The notes under the pieces were generated by a model. The model was not told the origin of the DNA. It saw nothing but the letters and a program-made list of their open reading frames with translations, and did no database searches. A stretch of 64,000 bases of DNA from the human T2T-CHM13v2.0 reference genome, Homo sapiens. The DNA lies in assembly GCF_009914755.1 (NCBI RefSeq), contig NC_060925.1. The stretch is one strand, 5' to 3'. Position 1 is the stretch's first letter. Each line of letters begins with the position of its first letter. The position numbers and the translations under genes were made by a program. Shown one piece after another: positions 52,981 through 64,000 of this stretch.

Positions 52981-53788
52981 GGCCTGTATTCCAGTGCACA
53001 GTTGAAACCACCTTTGCAAAAACTGTGACAGTGAGAGAAATCTAACATAACTAATTCCATCTGACTTGTAATCTCACAAACTATTCTTGCTCATTCCTGG
53101 GCGTAGGCTATGGGAGGAATTTAGTTTACAGTTTAACTTTAAAACAAAGTCGTTTCCTGAAACTAACCTCCTCCTTGCTCAGGGACTTAAACTGCCTTTG
53201 TAGAACTCCACAAGGTTAGAATTATGGTTCAGGAGTTATGTAGCCAGAGGTAACAAGAATTAACCTCCTCAATTGCTCCTATAGATAGCATCACTATTGT
53301 AAAAACTAAAACTGGTGTTTGAGGTGTTTTTCAGACCTTGCATTTTGATGGACCAGGTGGTGCCACCTGGACTGGTAGCCATACCAATAAATTGGCTCAA
53401 CTGGTCTTGTGACCCCTACCCAAGAACCAACTCAACATGACAAGAGAACTTCAACCGCCTGTAATTTTATCTCTGACCCAACCAGTCAGCATCCCTCATT
53501 CCCTAGCCACCTGCCCACCAAACTATCCTTGAAAAACCTTAGCCTCTGAATTCTCAGAGAGGTAGATTTGCGAAACATCTCCCACCCTTCAGCTTGGCTG
53601 GCACTGTGATTATTAAACTCTTTCTCTACCGCAACTCCTGCTGTTCTCAGTGTTTGGCGCTTCTGGGCAGCAGGCAAGATGAACCCACTTGGGTGATTAC
53701 AGGGTGCTCAGGCACAGTGGTGGCCAACCTTACATATGAAATTCTGCCTCCTTTAATCTGGATGCTGCTGGTGCCCATCATATTATTG
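52981..53788 (+). pseudogene. Paralog exon 6, split by a solo LTR (52981-53002 and 53702-53788)
   Basis: ccccag|GGCCTGTATTCC ... CSGTVVANLTYEILPPLIWMLLVPIILL|gtgagt; 22+87 = 105+4 nt. Confidence 0.92.
53003..53701 (+). mobile_element. LTR8-family (LTR8A-like) solo LTR inside paralog exon 6
   Basis: TGAAACCACCTTTGCAAA...GAACCCACTTGGGTGATTACA; ATTAAA at 53612-53617. Confidence 0.85.
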
Positions 53789-54466
53789 GTGAGTAAGAAA
53801 TATGACTTCACTATAAAAATGCATTCACTTTGGGTACATATAAGATTAATTTTAGGTTTGGGGAGCAAAGAAAGCAGATGTTTATGTAAATTACAAGTTT
53901 TAGCAGTTTTCAAGTTCATTAATTCTTTATCTTTACTTTATCCTACTGATCCAGAGGGTACAGCATGTGGGAATTTATTTTGCACTCTTGTTTGTACCAT
54001 ACAGTGTTCTCTGAGGCAATATACCTCAGCAGGTGCCACCAGGTGTAATGCAATTATCTTTGCACTTAATGTCTTCCATCAGCTGGACTTGCTTCCCTCA
54101 TGTTGGCTGCCTGACTTTGAGAAACACAGAAATGTGAGACCTTGGGAACATCAGGAACTGCCTTTCTTTTAGAAATTATTTTCCAACATGGGTTCTTCAG
54201 GAAAGTAGTTATTCTGCAAGATGTCAGTAGGTAATAAAAAAAAGCAAGCAAGCAGGGAATAAAGAAAGAAAGAGGAAGGAAGGGGAAGGGAAAGAAAGAG
54301 GCATAGTGGAGAAGTAGAAAGGGGAGCAAGGGAAGAAAGAAAAAAAGAGAGAGAGAAACAGAAAGAAAGAGCAACAGAGAAAGAAAGAGAGAAAGAAAAG
54401 AAAGAAAGAAGAAAGAAAGAAAAAGAAAGAAAGAAAGAAAGAAGGAAGGAAGGAAGCAAGGAAGGA

Positions 54467-54946
<480 letters not shown>

Positions 54947-55428
54947 TTAACTGTGGAACTTGCCAAGATCTTTACTATGCTAGTATCATGTTACCATGTG
55001 TGAATCCCTAAGATGGGGATAGAAGATACAGTGTATCCCAAATGCATTCAAACACAGACTCCTTTTTTGAGGACATCTTGTGGCCAGAATGCTCTATGAA
55101 AACACTGGGGGAACTGTTCCTAAAAGGTAAAGGCTTCTGTATATCTTTACTGTTGTTGTAATATTCCTCCTTTTCAACAAAGCTTAGACAAAAGATTAGA
55201 AAGGAATATGCTGACACATCAATAGCATTGCCTCCTAATGCTGGGACCTTGTATACATTTTTAGGTTCCTGTAACATTTTTTGTACTTTCCAAATATCTA
55301 CAATTAACATGCATTTGTTATTATATCCTAAAATAATTAAATAAAAATTATGTTTTTATGACCCTGGTTACACTAGCAAAAATGTTGCTAGTTCTTAATG
55401 GGTAACTTATCTTTCTTCCTTTGCTCAG

Positions 55429-55487
55429 CTGTACTTTTCCTGGTGAATTCTTTCACAGCAACACCTTACAATGGAGCAGAAGTGTTA
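55429..55487 (+). pseudogene. Paralog exon 7 (+2 nt frameshift)
   Basis: ctcag| ... NSFTATPYNGAEVL |gtaagt versus NAFTLTPYNGTEAL. Confidence 0.88.
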
Positions 55488-56150
55488 GTAAGTGCTGTGA
55501 CATCAGAATCCTTCTTAACACAGTGATCCAAGAGTAGCTGCTAACAATCATGGCCCATGAGAAACAAACTAATTTGCCAAACCTTCCTTGTATCTAGTGA
55601 GAGAGATCCCAGTGCACTGTACTTGCATGCTGGTGTGCCTGTCTCCCACCGCCTCTCTGTGAGCAGCTCTAGACCCTCACCCAGCATGGGAATGAGTGCT
55701 CAATGAGCAGCAGCCCTTCTCTGTGTATCTACAGTGCCTAGCCCAGTAGTGGCTAGCCCGGAAGTGCCTACTCCTAGTGGGTGCTTCATAAATGCTAGCT
55801 GATTAAAATTAAGTAAAAGATTCGGTAAAAGGAATCTATGTTCAGAGTGAGAAATCTTCAACTGATTTTCTTATAAAGTTTTCTCTCCTTTTGAAAACCA
55901 CCAGGAACATTAATAAGCAACCTATTGAGGACTCTTACTTTCTATACATCTATACATTTACAGCATTGGGATATAAGTCAAAGGCATGGGTATTTATGCT
56001 CAGGCTTGTGCTAAGAGCCCCAAGGGACAGAGAAAAAACAGTCACTGGTAATCTGTCCCCCCTCACATGCACAATGCAGGGAACTTAAATCTTGATGAGG
56101 ATACAAAATTTAAGTACAGAGACAAAGAGAGGTCAAAAACAAGACCTCCT

Positions 56151-57549
<1,399 letters not shown>

Positions 57550-58665
57550 AAGACCTTCTGAACTCAAGTTTTGAATTGCTGCTGCTCCAGCAGACAGGAA
57601 GGGAGAGATTCCCCTGCAAAATCATGCATTAAGTGGGACTTGTGCTGAGCCCTGAAACATAAACAGATTTCAACATAATCTAATTTTTAGTTGATGGTGA
57701 TCCTGTTTGGATATCTTATAACGTGGTCGCTAGGAGACTATCATCCAAGGCTTCATTTTAGTTCTAACATAATGCTTAGTTTTTCGTAGGTGAAGGGCAT
57801 TAAAAAAGTATGCGTATGTATGTGTCTCACACACAATATACACACACAGATACTCTTTGTTTCATTAATTGTGAGATTTACATTTTCATATTTTAACTTA
57901 TTTGAAATTGTGATGCATTTTACAATCAAGAGCATGCCATAGTTTAATTGGCAGCATTCTTTTTCTTTCTTACTAGTACATAAACAAGGGTGCATCTCAT
58001 AAAATTGGCATCCTGGATCAGATGAAATACAGTATTAAATATTTATGTCTATTTACATATGTATAAGTGTACTTGTTTGGGAGTATGTATCTCTATACTC
58101 ACATCAACATGTGAACATGTATTACAAATGCAGTTTGCTGTTCCATTCAGTCATTTGAATAAAATGGGCTGCCATAGAAGCCATCAGGCTTAGCCCTTCA
58201 TTGTCGGTCAGACCTGGGTTTGGATGTACTTGCTCTCCAGTTCCATTTGGAAAAGTGGACTCACAATAATTTTATGCCAAATGATGTCTATAAAATGTGT
58301 TGCCTTAGTTTTGGCTGAGGGGTCTATTTAGATCCATGTGTTACCATTCCGTTTTCAAGGTCCTGGGAGATCAGGGATTCATATGTTACTGTGACACAGC
58401 GTGTGCAAAATTATAGAGTTTTAGGGAAGGAAACAATTGTAATGGGATTTTCTCCCTTTACATAATTTGCAAGGACATTGTTAATCAGTTTGTCCCACTA
58501 CCTTCCTATGGCTTACTTTTGAGAGTATAAATCACTGAAAAAAATCACAAATGAAGAACATGGAATTTGTAAGTTTTGTTCAGTGTAAGGTACTAGGTGG
58601 ACAGCACCAGAGCCTCCCTTAGCTCAGGTAGGTGTGAATCACTGACATTCCCACCTCCTTCCTAG

Positions 58666-58762
58666 TTACGGCTGGTTCAATAACAGCCTTTAGTCTCTCA
58701 ATCCACTGACCAAATAACAGAGTGCTATCAGGCCTTGGGAACAATTGTATCAATACCCCAGT
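58666..58762 (+). pseudogene. Paralog exon 8 (stops and indels)
   Basis: TCTCTCAATCCACTGACCAAATA versus TCTCTCAATCCTCTGATCAAATA; upstream aatcactgaca matches aatcattgaca; cctag| and |gtaagt. Confidence 0.85.
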
Positions 58763-59668
58763 GTAAGTTATTTTAACATTGTTTAAATGAAGACTTTTAG
58801 TAGGGAGACCCCACCTTCTCTGCAAATCCTTGCCGCCCATTCCCTGCCATGCTCCTCCTCTTCCTAACTCCCTAAGCTCCAGCCACAGGGCTTTTCTCTC
58901 AGGACCACCCCCACCCCCTTGCTTCCCCCTCTCCAACCCTGCTTCTGCTCCCTAAGGGCCTTTGCTCAGGTTCACCTTCCCTCTGGAAACTCTCTGCTCC
59001 TCCCTCCTTCCCTTTTAACTTGCCAGTTTCTCCTTATCCCTCAAATCTCAGCTGAAATTTCAGGCCCTCATTGAAGCCTTTCTTGTCTCTCCAGACTAAT
59101 TCAGGCCTCTGTTTTTGGTTTTCTTTGCACATATACTTTTCACTCATCATAATTGTAATTAAATAATTACTTGAATTTTACTTTCTTATTGTTTGGCTCT
59201 CCTGCCAGAGTAGATGCTCCAGGAGGAGGGTTTTCTGTGTCTCCACCCCTGGAACAGGGCCTTTATACAGAGCAGACAAGAAATATGCATTGCATGAACT
59301 GCCAAATAAAGGAGAGCATGGTATTAACCTAAAGGAGTATTCCCTTAAGAGATTCTCTACTTCTTAATTCATCCTAAAGACCACTGTCACTTTGACCATT
59401 AGCAGCTATAGTAGTTTGATATAAGAAATGCTGTTTTGAAAGCACTGAAGATGAAGTACAGAAAAAGTCTTCTTAGATTCAGACCAGTCTTTTGCAAAAA
59501 AAAGTTCTACAATAAGAAAAGAGAAAATTTATTATTAATTTACAAAAACTGTCTTTTATCTTGATCACATTCAAGGTTTCTTTCAGTTGAATATCCCCAA
59601 GAGCACTTTTGGCTCTTGTAGAGAAATATGATATGGTGATTTACTTGGAGGTTGGGAGGAAACAGAGT

Positions 59669-59708
<40 letters not shown>
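59669..59708. repeat. (TG)n microsatellite, about 20 units
   Basis: Directly visible. Confidence 0.95.
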
Positions 59709-59713
<5 letters not shown>

Positions 59714-60822
59714 CAAATATCCATCTATCAGACATCTTTATTAAATTAGCTTCACAAGCATGAACAAACAGCCTGGAAGTTGGCCATGACTGCAACAATC
59801 ATACCTTGTATTCTATTTTCTGTAATGAAAGAACAGCACCAATCACAGAATGGTGTTCAATACAGATATTTGTTGAATGAATGATTCTCAAGAAATACAG
59901 CAGTGGGTGTTTTAGCCCCTGGCCAGCAACCAACATGTTGCATATATTATCTTAATTGTGTATCAGAATGCTTAATAAAATTCAGCCTTCCCCCTAGTTG
60001 TATTAAAACTGATGAAATAACAAGGAGAGAAAAAAGGGAGAGAGAGAGATTGATTCTTGGAAGAAAGAGAATGATTTGACTATAGCCAAAACATAGGAGT
60101 GCCTAGAAATCCAGGCATGAAGTAGCTCCTGCCAAGGGCAAGATTTTGTCTCCCTGATGTGTCCTGTGCCTCAGACACATCGCAATATATTGCCCTCTAT
60201 CTCCTCTTGTTGACAGTTTCTACTGGACTCCTAGCCACTGTCTAATTCTCTTTCTTCAAATTTTTTTCTAATTGTTAATCTCTTTCAGAAAGATTGAGAG
60301 CGCTAGCACAGTTCTCCCAACCCCCAAGTTACTTTCTACATCAAGATAGCATCTTATGTACAAGTCCATGCAGCAGGTCCAGTGAGCTTAGCATCCCGCA
60401 GCCTTCCAAGTTTGGTTGCCAGGGTCTTCCCAGCAAGAGGGGAGGGCCATTACTCCTTGGGTTTTCCAAGTTCTTGGAAATGGCTTCATCTTTCATGAAG
60501 ATGCCCAAGCCAGGGACCGGAATCCCACCTTACCTTCCTTCTTCAGACCTAGGCAGCCACCACGTTCTTCCTTTTGAACATTTTTCTAATCTTCCCCTCT
60601 TCTTGATCTACACCACTCTGACCTCATTGGGTCCCTCAACCTCTCTCATGTTAGCCAGACCTACAGTTTTATCCCCTGATTCTTGGCCTACCCTGGAAGC
60701 CCTTCTCTCTATAGCAGCCAGAAAGATATATATAAAATCCAGAAGTGGCTCTAACCTTTTAAAAGTTCTGAAGTAGCCAGGCCCAGACAAAGTCCAGACT
60801 GATCAGCATAGTATGTAAGTAG

Positions 60823-61149
<327 letters not shown>

Positions 61150-62591
61150 TCAGTTTATTTATTAGTAGCATCCCTTTTCACTCTTGGAAGTGTTCTGGTT
61201 TAGACGGTCAGTTTTGTAGTCCCCTCAATATCAAGTTTTTCATTATCTGAATCTCCCACTTCTCCAGCTCTTCAGCACATCCACTCAGCAGCTTATCTCC
61301 TGCTCATCTCTCCCTGGGCTTCCTCCTCCCACTGGAGCAGGATGGCTGTAGCAGATGTTCCAGAAGCAACATCTAGGAAGTCACATCCAGATAGGACAGT
61401 GTCTAAAGGATGGAAACAACTGTTTTCTCTGTGTCTATTTCTTAGGAATGGGAATGTCTTTCCCAGAAGTCTTCAGGAGACTTCCCTTCATGTCTAACTG
61501 AGAAGGATTGAGTCACTTGCTCTTTTCTAAACAAGCCTCTGGCAAGAAAGAAAGAATGACCATGACCGATGTTTATCATTTGCGGTAGACGTGAGGAAAT
61601 AGGTAATGACCGTGACTGTAACACCAATTTTTGTTTAATTTGCTTTGGGGCCTGTTGATTCCACTAGACGGCAAGCAAGATCACTGTGTGGGATATGTGT
61701 TCACCCTTAGCCCCAAGCACAGTGCCTGCATCAGCGGGCACTTTTGTTGCCATTGTTGAACTTTTGGATGGATGCAAGCTAGGCGGTATAATGTAGTGGG
61801 GAGAACAGGGTCCTTGGAGCTAGATAGAAATAGGCTTGGTCCCCAGCTCAGTACTTGCTGCCTGTTTAGGATCTTGCTGGACTTCTGAAGTTCAAAATCT
61901 TTAAGCTTCAGATTTCTTACCTGTAAAATGAAGCAAAGACTACCCCCGAGAACACATGTAACACAGATGAACCAGCCAAAACAGCCACAGATATTTCTCC
62001 AGTTTCTTAACATTTCCATTTAATTCTAACAATATTTTTGAGTGAGGGTGTGGCAATGTTTGTGTGTGTATGTGTGCACTTGTGAACAGGTGTATGTCAT
62101 GTATATGTGGGAATACCTGTAAGAAAAATGGAGGAAAATATCTTCTAAGGAAAATGTCATTCCTGCTATTGCCTTCTGGAATTTATGAGGTCTTTGCTGA
62201 CTATTTGACCTGTAAAAGATAAAAAGCCTCTCTTAACCTATTTTTCATTCCAGGAAAGTGTTTCTAACGTGTGCTTTGTGGATTGTAATAGTCCCTGGAG
62301 ATGATTTATGGACAAAGTTTTCATGGTCATATTATTTGGGGGAATTCAGTGTGGTGTGATTTCCCCCTTGACAGTCACAGTGACATTAGCATATTAAAGG
62401 CTTAGAGAAGTCTCATAGAGAAATTTGTTTTCATTGTTTAACCCAGGTTTCTCCAAATTTATTTTAACCCAGAGTCCTTTTTTTTTCTGACAGCACCTAA
62501 CAAGATCTTTTGCAATGCTCTTTGGGAAATTATATTAGCCTAATTACTAATTTCCTGGCCCTCAAGGTGACTTGCTTGAACTTGCCACCTT

Positions 62592-62609
62592 CGCCACTAG
62601 GGGGCAGCA
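62592..62609 (+). promoter_or_regulatory. CTCF-binding motif
   Basis: CGCCACTAGGGGGCAGCA matches the core CTCF consensus. Confidence 0.7.
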
Positions 62610-63451
62610 TTGGTTTACACAGGGTGAACAAACGTTCAATTCTAAACTAATATTCTTTGGTGGGAAAGTGTGTTCATTTTGGTTTGTTTTGAAGAAGTCA
62701 CTTCATACCTTTGAACTGGGGTTAAGCTGGTTAACTCCCAAAATTCCACCAGTTCCAATATCCTATGAAAAACCCCAAAACCACTAGTATAAATAAGATA
62801 GTTATTTCTGTTACTAAGTAAAGTTTTGTTAATTTTTTTAGTGATATTTAGGATTAAATGGCAAAGTATGGGTAAGCTGTAGAACTTTCCACCTAGGGAT
62901 TCTGATTGCCCTTAGCCAAAGTACATTCTCCTGAGCGTGAATTATTTTCCATCCCTGGAGAGTTAGCTATGAGGCAAAAGGAAAGTCTGTATAGGTTTTC
63001 AATAATGAAAGAAGGACCCTTGGGAATCAGTTGTTATGAGAAAAAGCTTCTCACCTTATCGCTGCTGGGACAATTAAGGAAAAGTCTTGATTTTAGAATT
63101 GAGGTCCCTGTCAAGGCTTGGTATTAAAACCTGTATTAGGGACGTTTTTTTTTTCTATTTGGTCATGACACCAGTTGTTAGTGCTTCTGCTGCAGAAACA
63201 AAGATATTCGGGGGCAGCAAAGCTCAGACGTGCCAGCTTTTCTGTTTAAGAGAAGTCCCACTTGGTTTGGTAAGGGATGGAGTTAGAACCATGTGATAAC
63301 ATGTTCTTAAGTTCCCTGTGATTCCTAGAATTGCCTTATCTTGCTGATCTCTTTCTGTCTAGATTTTTAATTCTCTTCCTATAGACTATGCCAAATGTCA
63401 TTTTTAGTCCAAACTTAATTAATTTTATTTTTCTTTATTTTGGGACCCAAC

Positions 63452-63965
63452 TGTATTAGTCAGGATTATCTAGAGGGACAGAACTAATAGGATATACATA
63501 TATGTGTTTATGTATATATGTATATATCCCCATAATATATGTATATAGGGGAGTTTATTAAGTATTAACTTACACGATCACAAAATCCCACAATAGGTCA
63601 TCTGCAAGCTGAGGAGCAAGGAGAGCCAGTCCGAGTCCCAAACCTGAACAACTTGGAGTCAGATGTTTGAGGACTGGAAGCCTCCAGCACGGGAGAAAGA
63701 TGTAGGCTGGGAGGCTGGGCCAGTCTATTCAGTTTGATTCCAACCAAAATGTGCTATGTCTTTTCACATTTTTCTGACTGCTTTATACTCTAGCTGTGCT
63801 GGCAGCTGAATAGATGGTGCCCACCCTGATTAAGGGTTGGTCTGCCTTCCCAGCCCACTGACTCAAATGTTAATCTCCTTTGGCAACACCCTCCCAGACA
63901 CACCCAGGACTGATACTTTGAATCCTTTAATCCAGTCAAGTTGATGCTTAATATTATCCATCACA
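63452..63965 (-). mobile_element. MLT2A (ERVL) solo LTR
   Basis: TGTATTAGTCAGG...AGAGGGACAGAACTAATAGGA...CCATCACA, 5-bp TSD CCAAC. Confidence 0.88.
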
Positions 63966-64000
63966 CCAACTTATACTTCATTTTGCTTGTATTTTTCAGA

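Noticed and set aside
53594-54172. 192-aa ORF as a new gene
   Set aside because: Non-ATG start inside an LTR, then a pseudo-exon and intron read-through. Reported only as part of the pseudogene.
59441-59470. gaagatgaagtacagaaaaag as paralog exon 9
   Set aside because: Short low-complexity match with no good acceptor; the window-edge candidate fits better.
63800-63835. DUX4 site in MLT2A
   Set aside because: The expected TGATTAGATT-like motif reads TGAATAGATG here, so it is degraded.

Overview
Human (primate) genomic DNA, recognisable as the HSD17B7 locus (chr1q23, from recalled synteny). It holds the complete, intact 9-exon HSD17B7 gene on the + strand (3-keto-steroid reductase/17beta-HSD7; CDS 5037-26984, 1026 nt, 341 aa, all introns GT-AG) with a CpG-island promoter carrying SRE-like, NF-Y, Sp1 and CRE motifs. 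The main hidden structure is a second, decayed, intron-containing tandem copy of HSD17B7 from about 37253 to the window edge, which the ORF track barely shows. Exons 1, 2 and 4-8 are recognisable in order, and the exon 9 acceptor probably falls at the last bases. This copy keeps its own CpG island, has exon 6 split by an LTR8-family solo LTR, and has lost the catalytic YxxxK motif. Its divergence is mosaic, suggesting a long-functional paralog with later gene conversion. The C-terminus and stop codon of HSD17B7 come from an Alu, and the probable ancestral stop survives just downstream of it. The rest is Alu, L1, LTR and MIR repeats plus several small rearrangement scars. Repeat subfamily names are from recalled consensus sequences, and percent identities are manual counts.
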